The notes: generated by a model from the letters alone, not told the origin. A stretch of 38,566 nucleotides of DNA from an uncultured Clostridia bacterium (GCA_946623205.1 CAMOQV010000002.1:1-38566), one strand, 5' to 3'. Positions 17,557 through 26,589 are shown, counted from the first letter of the stretch. Numbers and translations: made by a program.

Positions 17557-19945
17557 TGTAGTAAATATTAAGATAGATCCATCAATTACTGTTCTTTCAG
17601 ATTCTACGCGAATTTTTAAAAGCGAACTATTTATAAAACAAACAAAAAATCTAAAAGAAATTGACAGATTCTTAACTAAGATATCTGATGGTATATTAAT
17701 TGCGCTTAAGGATAATGTCATTGATTTAATGGATGCATACATTATCTCTTTAATGGATGGGCAAAATTCGCTTTTATTCAAGTTCGGAAAGAACGTCAAA
17801 AATGATGCACTAAATCAAGCGGATATTGTCTTTTATAAATTCATAACAAAAGATGAAATTAAATATGAAGATAAAAGATTGGTGCGTGCAATTCAAAAAG
17901 ATGAAATAAGCATCGATATTAAAAAGATCCAAGATTTAACAAACCAAGATATTCAAAAGTTATATATTCTATCTAATGAAGATAAGGTGAATTTGCCTCT
18001 TTTAAATAAGGAGCAAGAAAAGCTAGTTACACTTGAAAACGACAATATTATTATTCAAGGTGTTGCAGGTTCAGGAAAGACAAATATTTGTATAGATAGA
18101 ATCGTGTATTCTGCATCTAGAAGATATAGAGGCAAGATTTTATATAGTACATATTCACATGCACTTTTGCAAGATACGAAAAACAAGGTGTCATTATTTA
18201 ATAGCAATATAAAAGATTTTGCAAAGAAGATGCAAGATAAAAAAGTCGTCTTTATAGGGAAGAATAAAAAAGCCGCAATTGAAAATAGATTAGGAATTTG
18301 GTTAGATGTTCAAGATGAAGATAGAATAATTGCTGCATTATTTGAGATGTCTAATTATCTAGAAACTAAAGTAGACTATATGCTTATCGAAGATTTATAT
18401 AATGCTAAAAGGGGAGCAAATATAATCTTTGAGGACGAAAAGAGCTTTATAAATTCATATATAAATAACATTAAAAACTACAATCTAAAAAGCAGCATAG
18501 ATAAAATAAAGTATTTGTCGTTTGAAGTAATCTATAAAGAAATATATGGACTTATTTTAGGCTATGCAAATATGCCAACTCAAGAAGAATATGTAGAATT
18601 GAGGAAAGACAGCTTTTCATCGCAAGAAGCTTCTACTATTTATTTAATAGCTAAAGATTATTTAAAATATTTAGAATCTTCAAATAAGATAGACAATAAT
18701 ATCGCATCAAGATATATACTTTCAAGATTAAATAGTATAGATAAATATTCGCTTTGTGTATTAGATGAGGTTCAGGACTTTACTCAAATAAATCTAAACA
18801 TGTTTAGAGAAATTTCATATAAGATGTTCTGCGTAGGTGATGCACTTCAGATGATTAACCCTGCATATTTTAGCTTCGCTTATTTGAAAAGATTAATGTT
18901 TGATGAGAATTATGCTAATGTTGTAGAACTAAGAAATAACTACAGAAATTCAAAAAAGATAGAAAAGATAATAGATAATTTAAGCGAATTAAATATAGAG
19001 CAATTTGGTACGCACAGCTTTGTCCTTAGAGGAAAGAGTGTAGATGATGAGTTGCTTGCAAAAACGGTTTATATAAATAGTTCTAACTTTATACAATACC
19101 TAAAGAATAAGGCTTATTCAGATGTAACACTTGTTGTCGATACAAAGGAAAGGAAGCAAGCTTTAAGGGCTATGTTTCCAAGACAAGAAATATTGACTAT
19201 ATCTGAAATAAAAGGGTTAGAGAGAAACTTTGTTATCTTGTTGGATGTTTTATCTGACAATTCTCAAAAATGGGATTATTTACAACGTACAATAATTAAA
19301 AAGAAAAAGGCAGAAGAAAATTCTGTATATAGATACTATTTTAATTTGTTCTATGTTGGATTAACTCGTGCAAAGCAAAATTTGTTTGTAGTAGAAGGAA
19401 AAAATATAAATCTATTTAAGAATTTCTTCGATAATAATTTTGATGCACTTTCAGATAAGGCGGCATTTGATTTATTGGAGAGCGTTGCAAGTAAAGTAGA
19501 TTTAGACAGACAAGAAATAATTGAAAGAATAGAAGAATTTATTAGACATGAGCAATATGACAACGCAAGAGTGCTTTTGGAGAGATTAGATAAAGATGAT
19601 GCTCATCTTCAAAGCGTAAAGATAGATATTTATGAAAAGTATATAAGACGAAATCAAAATAGAGAAGCAGGAATTGAGTTCTGGAAGATGGGTCTTTTAG
19701 ACGATGCAAAAGAACAATTTAGAATTTCACACGATGATAAATTAATAACACTTTTAGAGGCGTGCGAGTCAAATGGATCAAATTTAGAATATGACATTGT
19801 TGAATTTTACAATGAAGTAAAAGATAACGATATCGCCAAGAATTTAATTTTGGATACTCTAAAGGATGATTTAAATAAAATAAAGTCAACTCAACAAACT
19901 ATTATAAATAGCATTCACAAAAGGAGAACGAAGTATGGAAAATAA
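17543..19945 (+). CDS. SF1 (UvrD/Rep/HelD-like) helicase with unassigned ~170-aa N-terminal and ~180-aa C-terminal regions
   Basis: Walker A GVAGSGKT (18059-18082), motif II VLDEVQDF (18758-18781), NYRNS, GLERNFVILLDV and motif VI YVGLTRAKQNLFVV. The start overlaps the RF-like stop by 14 nt. Confidence 0.8.
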   Translation: MKLNSVVNIKIDPSITVLSDSTRIFKSELFIKQTKNLKEIDRFLTKISDGILIALKDNVIDLMDAYIISLMDGQNSLLFKFGKNVKNDALNQADIVFYKFITKDEIKYEDKRLVRAIQKDEISIDIKKIQDLTNQDIQKLYILSNEDKVNLPLLNKEQEKLVTLENDNIIIQGVAGSGKTNICIDRIVYSASRRYRGKILYSTYSHALLQDTKNKVSLFNSNIKDFAKKMQDKKVVFIGKNKKAAIENRLGIWLDVQDEDRIIAALFEMSNYLETKVDYMLIEDLYNAKRGANIIFEDEKSFINSYINNIKNYNLKSSIDKIKYLSFEVIYKEIYGLILGYANMPTQEEYVELRKDSFSSQEASTIYLIAKDYLKYLESSNKIDNNIASRYILSRLNSIDKYSLCVLDEVQDFTQINLNMFREISYKMFCVGDALQMINPAYFSFAYLKRLMFDENYANVVELRNNYRNSKKIEKIIDNLSELNIEQFGTHSFVLRGKSVDDELLAKTVYINSSNFIQYLKNKAYSDVTLVVDTKERKQALRAMFPRQEILTISEIKGLERNFVILLDVLSDNSQKWDYLQRTIIKKKKAEENSVYRYYFNLFYVGLTRAKQNLFVVEGKNINLFKNFFDNNFDALSDKAAFDLLESVASKVDLDRQEIIERIEEFIRHEQYDNARVLLERLDKDDAHLQSVKIDIYEKYIRRNQNREAGIEFWKMGLLDDAKEQFRISHDDKLITLLEACESNGSNLEYDIVEFYNEVKDNDIAKNLILDTLKDDLNKIKSTQQTIINSIHKRRTKYGK

Positions 19946-20648
19946 CGAAGTACAATCTTTAATTAGTGCATTTAAAGGTTATAGGGACATATTAACACCT
20001 ATACAAACCTCGTTACATGAGCTAGCAGACACTTATTCTACAATGGAGGAAGATTTGCAAAAGCTATCTTTGGCTTTTAATGGCGATGCGAAAACAAAAC
20101 TTAATCAGATTTATGATAATCTTTCTAATCAATCTAAAAAGTCTGCAGATTTGGCATCAAGTATTGATGCGTTCTTAAAGAATAGTAATAAATACATTTC
20201 TGATGTATCTAAGATTTCATCAAATCTCGAAGCATTTGAAGAAAAGATTTCAACTTTAAATGAGATTGAAAAGAAAGCTCAAGAACAAATGAGAAGGTTA
20301 GATGAACTGATCGAAGAAAAGAAGATAAACTACAATGTTAAAGATCTAGAAAGAGCTTTAGATTCATACAATAATAACGTTCAAAAAGTAAGTGATTTTA
20401 TCAACAAAGATGTTGCACAGTCTTTGAATGAAACTTCGAAAAAGGTTGATGCTATTAAAAAAGATAGTGAAGAGTTGGCACGACAATTAAAAGACGAAAA
20501 CAAAACTGTTGATGAATTAATTATGACATATAAGACAACCAATAAACTTCTTCAAAATACTATAGAGAAAGAAGGCGTAAACGAAGAATATATATTTGCA
20601 ATATTAGATAAATGGGCAAACGAAAGAGGCGTTAAGACTAAAAGATAA
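19935..20648 (+). CDS. Coiled-coil protein of unknown function (237 aa)
   Basis: Heptad-rich, E/K/L/S-rich sequence with no TM segment. AGGAG RBS. The start overlaps the helicase stop by 11 nt. Confidence 0.6.
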   Translation: MENNEVQSLISAFKGYRDILTPIQTSLHELADTYSTMEEDLQKLSLAFNGDAKTKLNQIYDNLSNQSKKSADLASSIDAFLKNSNKYISDVSKISSNLEAFEEKISTLNEIEKKAQEQMRRLDELIEEKKINYNVKDLERALDSYNNNVQKVSDFINKDVAQSLNETSKKVDAIKKDSEELARQLKDENKTVDELIMTYKTTNKLLQNTIEKEGVNEEYIFAILDKWANERGVKTKR

Positions 20649-22510
20649 TGCTACAAGGAATAGATAAGGAAATCTTTAAAGCTATAAAGGCAGATGATAT
20701 AAAAGCATTTAGAGCATGTATGCAAGATGCTCAAGCTTTGACGCTATCTTATGGAAGATTTCCAATTCTTTCGTTGTGTTATTTGTATAATTCTAGACAT
20801 ATTATTAAAGAATTTGAAGATAAGCTTTTGCAAATAAGATCATATACAATATATCCAGAAAATAGCGAGATGTATATACTTTTTAAATCTAAAGCTAAAA
20901 GATGTATACGTTTATATGCTGGGAAAGATTGTATAGTGCATCCGCTTGAAATGCTTTGTATATTAAATAAGAAAACTCGTGTAGAAGCTGTATATCCAAA
21001 AGCGATAAAGACTAATTCAACAATTGAGAATATAAAGATGATTGAATCTATTAAGTATTCAAAAGAGGTTGAAGCTACGGAAACAAAGATTGTCTTACCA
21101 AAGCAACCAATAGATAAGAACTTTATAAAAACATCTTTGGCTGCTATGGCGATATTGCTCGTTGTAGCAATTGTATTTTCCGTTCTTGGTGGATTTGTTT
21201 ATTCGCTTGGAAATGGTAGCGAAGATAGACCATATAAGGTTGTGGGCGAATCTCAACTTATAAAGGCAATAGAGTCTAACTCATATGTCATTTTAGATAG
21301 AGATATTGAAGTTGATAATTTGGATTTTGATAGTTATAGCGGAATTATTGATGGCAATGGTCATACAATAACTATAAACAATCAAACAGGAACTATATTT
21401 AAAGAAATATCTGGAACTATCAAAAATGTTAATTTTAGTATTATTTTAAATTATGAAACAAAAACATCTGCATCAGTGTTAGTAACAAATCTAACTGGCA
21501 CATTAGATGGCGTCAATGTTGATATATTAGGAAATTTGAAATATACAGGCAATGCCGCATCTAGCGTTACTTTAAATCTTTCTGTTTATTCAAATGAAAA
21601 CAATGGAACAATTAAAAATTGTGTATTAAATTCAAATTTAAACATTATAGGTAACGGTGTTAATGATGTAGTTTTTGGCGGGTTTAGCGCGCAAAATAAA
21701 AATGCGATTTTAAATGTTGAAGCTTTGGGTAATATTGAAATGGAAGAAGTAAATGGGGCTGTTGTTTCTTATGTAAATACAGGAACTATAGAAAATGCTC
21801 AAAATAAAACCAATATTAGTCAAACGACAAATGCATTCAATTGCGATTTAATGGTTGCGTCTATGGCAATCAAAAATTTTGGAAATATTAAAAATGCCAT
21901 TAATGAAGGTAAGATTTCTCTAAAAGCAACGAATGAAAAAGGGGCCTATGTATTTATGGGCGGAATTGCTTGCGATAACTATTTAACCATTGAGCATTCA
22001 AAGAATTTGGGTGAAATAATTTGCGATGGAGAATATTTCCATGCAAAGATTGGTGGTATTGCGTCAACTGGTGAATATTATTTTGTAGATAATTATCCAA
22101 CATTTGATTCATGTGCATCCTTAGGAAAGGTTAGCGTTATAACTATAAAGACTATATCAAGGTCTTATGTGGGTGGAATAGTTGGTGGCTTTAGAGAATA
22201 TGATTATATATATAATCGTCTGCCAATTGTCATAAAAGATTGCTATTCAGTATATGAAGTTGATTTGCAAGGCACATATGAGGCCAAATTATTAGGTGGG
22301 CTTGCTGGGCTTTGGCCATTTATGAACAATGCTGGCACATATTTGAGTAATAATGCTTATTTGGTTAAAGAATCAGTCCCTCATGCTTTGTATATTTGCT
22401 ATGAGTCGTCATTCTTTGAGTATGTATACGATGCGTACGATAGTGTCGAGGGTATGTTTAGCGGGTATAATACAGAGGATGAAATAAAAGCTTTGGAGAT
22501 TTATTGGTAA
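20648..22510 (+). CDS. Single-pass membrane protein: ~160-aa cytoplasmic helical-repeat domain, TM helix, extracellular GLUG/beta-helix-like domain
   Basis: TM helix LAAMAILLVVAIVFSVLGGFVYSL (about 21137-21208). The ectodomain opens with PYKVVGESQLIKAI...YSGIIDGNGHTITI and carries GGFSAQ, GGIACD, GGIAST, GGIVGG and GGLAGL motifs, as in the 487-3978 lipoprotein. TAATG overlap with the upstream gene. Confidence 0.65.
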   Translation: MLQGIDKEIFKAIKADDIKAFRACMQDAQALTLSYGRFPILSLCYLYNSRHIIKEFEDKLLQIRSYTIYPENSEMYILFKSKAKRCIRLYAGKDCIVHPLEMLCILNKKTRVEAVYPKAIKTNSTIENIKMIESIKYSKEVEATETKIVLPKQPIDKNFIKTSLAAMAILLVVAIVFSVLGGFVYSLGNGSEDRPYKVVGESQLIKAIESNSYVILDRDIEVDNLDFDSYSGIIDGNGHTITINNQTGTIFKEISGTIKNVNFSIILNYETKTSASVLVTNLTGTLDGVNVDILGNLKYTGNAASSVTLNLSVYSNENNGTIKNCVLNSNLNIIGNGVNDVVFGGFSAQNKNAILNVEALGNIEMEEVNGAVVSYVNTGTIENAQNKTNISQTTNAFNCDLMVASMAIKNFGNIKNAINEGKISLKATNEKGAYVFMGGIACDNYLTIEHSKNLGEIICDGEYFHAKIGGIASTGEYYFVDNYPTFDSCASLGKVSVITIKTISRSYVGGIVGGFREYDYIYNRLPIVIKDCYSVYEVDLQGTYEAKLLGGLAGLWPFMNNAGTYLSNNAYLVKESVPHALYICYESSFFEYVYDAYDSVEGMFSGYNTEDEIKALEIYW

Positions 22511-22734
22511 TGTTTAGAGAAGACAAACATAAAGTAGCTGTATATATGTCTTTATTAATTATGGCAATCGTGGATGCTATAGCATTGCTTGTTGCTTTAG
22601 TGCTTGGAATTATGCTAGGTGTTGGCGCGCTTTTACAATCTCAAGGCATAATAATAGCCGCAATTTTTGTTGCAGCTATAAATGTTTTAGAAATTATATT
22701 TATTCTAATTTGTTTGTTAAAGACTAAAGATTAA
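22510..22734 (+). CDS. Small two-TM membrane protein (74 aa)
   Basis: Two long hydrophobic stretches. ATG 22510 overlaps the upstream TAA (TAATG). The 3' end overlaps the convergent TetR gene by 4 nt. Confidence 0.5.
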   Translation: MFREDKHKVAVYMSLLIMAIVDAIALLVALVLGIMLGVGALLQSQGIIIAAIFVAAINVLEIIFILICLLKTKD

Positions 22735-23333
22735 CTATTTAATATATTTGTTATGCTTGCACAAACTAATTCGGACATTTGCCCATAATCTATATAATCA
22801 TGCTTGTCATATAAGTATTCGTGTGCATAAGATTGAACAATATCCATAATTAAATGAACTTTTTCTGTAAGATTTTTATTTTCAAATCCAAGTTCGATTA
22901 ATTTTTGAGCTCCAAGTTCTGTAATTGTTTTTTCTAATTCCATAAATTCTTCATTGATATCATTATGCGTGTCTGCAAGAGAATGTAAGATATTATGTAA
23001 ATTTGCATTTGTATGATGTAGTTTTGTTGTTAGTGCAACTAAAGACTTAGAAAGCTCATCAACATCTATAGGTGCTGATATAGAATCTAAATATTCGATA
23101 ATAGGAGCTTTTATATCATTAATATATATTTTTAATACATAAAACAATATATCTCTTTTATCTTTGAAATATCCGTAAACAATACCAGTAGAAACGCCTG
23201 CAACCTTTGCGATGTCTGCAGTGTTAGTGTTGTAATAGCCGACATCTGAAAATACTTTGTAGGCAGCCTTTATAATAGCTTCTTTTTTTTGCTTTGATCT
23301 CTCTTGTCGAGGTTCTCTAATTTCATTTCCCAT
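22731..23333 (-). CDS. TetR/AcrR-family transcriptional regulator
   Basis: N-terminal HTH KKEAIIKAAYKVFSDVGYYNTNTADIAKVAGVSTGIVYGYFKDKRDI. Confidence 0.9.
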   Translation of the reverse strand: MGNEIREPRQERSKQKKEAIIKAAYKVFSDVGYYNTNTADIAKVAGVSTGIVYGYFKDKRDILFYVLKIYINDIKAPIIEYLDSISAPIDVDELSKSLVALTTKLHHTNANLHNILHSLADTHNDINEEFMELEKTITELGAQKLIELGFENKNLTEKVHLIMDIVQSYAHEYLYDKHDYIDYGQMSELVCASITNILNS

Positions 23334-23391
23334 ACGACTATTTTATACCGAATCGACACATTATTGCAAGATGTAATATTTATATTAAAAA

Positions 23392-23480
23392 ATATGAAAA
23401 ATGTTTCATATAATGCTTGACAATAGAAAATTTGGATATTAATATAAAATTGTGAAAGTGAAATTGGTTTCATATTTCAC
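23392..23480 (+). promoter_or_regulatory. feo promoter region: TTGACA-17-TAATAT flanked by two inverted repeats
   Basis: ATATGAAA-aatg-TTTCATAT (23392-23411). TTGACA (23417-23422) and TAATAT (23440-23445). GTGAAAT-N9-ATTTCAC (23458-23480). Confidence 0.45.
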
Positions 23481-23497
23481 AAAGAGAGGTTTACATT

Positions 23498-23710
23498 ATG
23501 CCAATAGTATTAGCACCAACTAATAAGATATTGAAAATAGTTAGAATATCTGCAGACGAAAAAACAAAGAAGCATTTAGAGAATTTGGGTATCACAATAA
23601 ATGGAGATATTACAATCCTAAGTTCATCAGGTGGAACAGTCGTTTGTAAGATAAAGGATGGTAGAATCGCGTTAGATCGCAATCTATCAACACATATATT
23701 TGTAGCGTAG
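23498..23710 (+). CDS. feoA: FeoA-family protein
   Basis: 70-aa SH3-like FeoA pattern (KIVRISADEKTKKHLENLGITINGDITIL), upstream of feoB. Confidence 0.85.
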   Translation: MPIVLAPTNKILKIVRISADEKTKKHLENLGITINGDITILSSSGGTVVCKIKDGRIALDRNLSTHIFVA

Positions 23711-23737
23711 GAAAAAATTTAAAGGAGCATATAGATT

Positions 23738-23971
23738 ATGGAAAAAACATTGGACAATTTTTCTATAGGCGAGAAAGGCATTGTAAAGATGGTTCTTGGC
23801 GAAGGAAAAATTAAGAGAAGACTTTTCGATATGGGCATCACCCCAGGCGCAGAAGTTTTTCTAAGAAAGAAGGCTCCTCTTGGTGATCCAATAGAAATCA
23901 CGTTGAGAGGTTATGAATTAACACTAAGAAAGACAGAAGCTGCATGTGTTAAAGTGGAGGTACAATCATGA
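23738..23971 (+). CDS. feoA: FeoA-family protein (second copy)
   Basis: GEKGIVKMVLGEGKIKRRLFDMGITPGAEVFLRKKAPLGDPIEI is canonical FeoA. ATGA overlap with feoB. Confidence 0.9.
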   Translation: MEKTLDNFSIGEKGIVKMVLGEGKIKRRLFDMGITPGAEVFLRKKAPLGDPIEITLRGYELTLRKTEAACVKVEVQS

Positions 23972-26274
23972 AGAGATTTGCATTAGCGGGAAACCCAAAC
24001 TGTGGTAAAACAACATTGTTTAATTCTCTTACTGGATCTACAGCACATGTTGGTAACTGGCCAGGTGTTACAGTAGACAAGAGAGATGGTGTTTACAAAA
24101 AGTGCGCAGAACCTGTTAAGATTATTGACTTACCAGGCATTTATTCTTTGTCACCATATACACCAGAAGAATTAATTGCTAGAAATTATATATTGGATGA
24201 AAAGCCAGATTGCGTTATTAACATCGTAGATGCTACTAACTTAGAAAGAAACTTATACTTGACAACACAAATACTAGAAATGGATGTTCCTGTAGTTGTA
24301 GCGCTTAACATGATGGACGCAGTAAAGAAAAGTGGAGATTCTATCAACGCTAAATTGCTAGAAGAAAGACTTGGTGTTCCTGTTGTAGAAATATCTGCAT
24401 TAAAAGAAACTGGATTAAAAGAATTGATGGATAAAGCTTTCAACGAAAGCAAAAAGATTAGAGAAGGTTCAACAGTTTTGGAAACATCTCCTCTTGGCCA
24501 TTTAATTGGCGATGTAAAGATTGCGCTAAAGGGTCAAAATGTTGCCAATCCATTGTTCCATGCTGTAAAGCTTGTTGAACAAGATGAAATTGAAGCTAAC
24601 ATGCATAAAGAAACGCTTCCAATGGTTGAAGAATTTAAAAAGACATTTAATGATGAAATCTTTGGTGGTGATTTTGAAGCACTGGTTGCTGATGCTAGAT
24701 ATAAATATATCTCTTCAAACTTTGCTTCTGTATTATCTAAAAAATCTAAAGATACAACTAAGATGTCTAAATCAGATAAGGCAGATAAGGTATTAACTCA
24801 TAAATGGTGGGGTATTCCTATTTTCTTAGTAATCTTATTTGGTATTTTCCATTTAACATTCGGTGAAGATTTACTATTCTTAGGAAAGATTTTCTCATTG
24901 CCATCACTAGAAGACTTAGGACTTTTAAATGAAGATGGTGATCCAATTAATTTTGGTGTTAGAATTTTAGCTACATTCTACGATGGTGCTGTTATGTCGC
25001 CAGGCGTTTGGATTAATAATGTTTGGAACGACTTAATTGTCGGCGAATTCTTTGGATGGCTAGGTGGCCTTGTAGAAGAAAGTGGAATGGCACCTTGGGC
25101 AATCGGGTTAATTAACAACGGTATATTTGATGGTATTTCAGCAGTATTATCATTCTTACCACCAATCTTAGTATTGTTCTTATTCTTCTCAATTTTGGAA
25201 GATTCAGGATATATGGCTCGTATAGCATTTATCTTAGATAGAATGTTCAGAAGATTTGGTTTATCTGGTAGAGCATTTATGCCAATGATCATGGGCTTTG
25301 GATGTTCAGTTCCAGCTATGATTAATACAAGAACTTTAGCTGACGATAAAGAAAGAACAGCCACAGTAAGAGTTATCCCATTCTTCTCATGCGGTGCTAA
25401 ATTGCCAATCTTAACAGCAGTTGCAGGTGCTATCGTAGCATTCTTTGGAGTAGGTAATGCAGATGTTATAACATTTAGTATGTATTTGCTTGGTATTGTA
25501 ACAGCTATTGTATGTGTACTTTTGATGAGATCTACAACACTAAAGGGCGAAACACCTCCATTCATTATGGAATTACCAACATATCACGTTCCTCAATTTA
25601 AGAACTTGATGGCTCACCTTTGGGATAAGACAAAGCATTTCGTAAAGAAGGCATTCACAATTATCCTTGCATCTACAATCGTAATTTGGGCATTAACACA
25701 CTTCAGCTTCAACTGGACATTCCTAGAAGATGAACAAGTAAATGAAAGTATCTTAGCTGGTATTGCTCAATTAGTACAACCAATCTTTACACCACTTGGA
25801 TTTGGTTCACAATTAGGATCTTTAGGTTGGGTATTCGTTGTAGCTGCTGTAGCTGGTTTAATCGCTAAAGAAAACGTAATTGCTACATTCGCAACATTAG
25901 CTGCTTGTCTAGCTGCCGTAACAGGTCTAGATCTTGGAGGATTAGCAATTGATGCAGAAGATGGAATCGATGCTGTTCAAGCTATGATTCAAGCAACAGG
26001 AATTACAATCCCAGGATTGATAGCATTCATCGCATTCAATATGACAACAATTCCTTGCTTTGCAGCAGTAGCTACAGCAAAAGCTGAACTTGGTAACAAG
26101 TCAACATACCACTGGACATTAGTATTCTGGCTAGTAGCTTCATATGTAGTATCAGCAATCATATACACAGTTGGTTCTTGGTGGTGGACAATATTCATTT
26201 GGATGGTAGCTTGTGCCGGCTTAGTTGCATGCATCATTATGAGAAATAAAAAAGCAGCAAAGAGGTTGAATTAA
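23968..26274 (+). CDS. feoB: Ferrous iron transporter FeoB
   Basis: N-terminal G-domain (ALAGNPNCGKTTLFN, DLPGIYSL) followed by a polytopic membrane domain, 768 aa. Confidence 0.95.
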   Translation: MKRFALAGNPNCGKTTLFNSLTGSTAHVGNWPGVTVDKRDGVYKKCAEPVKIIDLPGIYSLSPYTPEELIARNYILDEKPDCVINIVDATNLERNLYLTTQILEMDVPVVVALNMMDAVKKSGDSINAKLLEERLGVPVVEISALKETGLKELMDKAFNESKKIREGSTVLETSPLGHLIGDVKIALKGQNVANPLFHAVKLVEQDEIEANMHKETLPMVEEFKKTFNDEIFGGDFEALVADARYKYISSNFASVLSKKSKDTTKMSKSDKADKVLTHKWWGIPIFLVILFGIFHLTFGEDLLFLGKIFSLPSLEDLGLLNEDGDPINFGVRILATFYDGAVMSPGVWINNVWNDLIVGEFFGWLGGLVEESGMAPWAIGLINNGIFDGISAVLSFLPPILVLFLFFSILEDSGYMARIAFILDRMFRRFGLSGRAFMPMIMGFGCSVPAMINTRTLADDKERTATVRVIPFFSCGAKLPILTAVAGAIVAFFGVGNADVITFSMYLLGIVTAIVCVLLMRSTTLKGETPPFIMELPTYHVPQFKNLMAHLWDKTKHFVKKAFTIILASTIVIWALTHFSFNWTFLEDEQVNESILAGIAQLVQPIFTPLGFGSQLGSLGWVFVVAAVAGLIAKENVIATFATLAACLAAVTGLDLGGLAIDAEDGIDAVQAMIQATGITIPGLIAFIAFNMTTIPCFAAVATAKAELGNKSTYHWTLVFWLVASYVVSAIIYTVGSWWWTIFIWMVACAGLVACIIMRNKKAAKRLN

Positions 26275-26435
26275 TGGGACCATTAGAAATATTGTTAATC
26301 GTAGCATGTGCAGCAATCGTAATAGGAGTAGTAGTTGCATCCATAGTAAAAAAGAAGCAAGGTAAAAGTTCTTGCGACTGTGGAGGAGACTGTGCGCATT
26401 GTGCAGCATGCAGATCACAAATAAATAAGAAATAA
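26274..26435 (+). CDS. FeoB-associated Cys-rich small membrane protein (53 aa; not in the ORF track)
   Basis: ATG overlaps the feoB stop (TAATG). My translation is MGPLEILLIVACAAIVIGVVVASIVKKKQGKSSCDCGGDCAHCAACRSQINKK: one TM helix plus a CxCxxxCxxCxxC tail. Confidence 0.75.
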   Translation: MGPLEILLIVACAAIVIGVVVASIVKKKQGKSSCDCGGDCAHCAACRSQINKK

Positions 26436-26462
26436 TGTAAGCCAATCACAAAAACACTTGAA

Positions 26463-26494
26463 AATACGAGCAGGATATCTTGCTCGTATTTTCT
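26463..26494 (+). terminator. Terminator after the feo operon
   Basis: AATACGAGCA-loop-TGCTCGTATT hairpin followed by TTCT. Confidence 0.7.
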
Positions 26495-26550
26495 ATATAG
26501 ATAGGCAATTTATTGAAGTTCACAATATTTAATGATATAATGAATATGAA

Positions 26551-26570
26551 TATGAAATTTATTTCACATA
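26551..26570 (+). promoter_or_regulatory. Inverted repeat TATGAAAT-tt-ATTTCACA upstream of the ZIP gene; candidate operator
   Basis: Seen directly in the sequence. It shares TATGAAA / TTTCA[CT]AT half-sites with the feo promoter repeats. Confidence 0.3.
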
Positions 26571-26589
26571 ATATAGGATAGGAGGTAAT

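Noticed and set aside
9753-17799. Shadow ORFs 9753-9992, 10449-10715, 11505-11723, 13203-13430, 13610-13933, 15186-15374, 16946-17245 and 17536-17799 (all minus strand).
   Set aside because: Each lies antisense within a plus-strand gene that has clear family motifs. AT-rich genomes produce such frames by chance.
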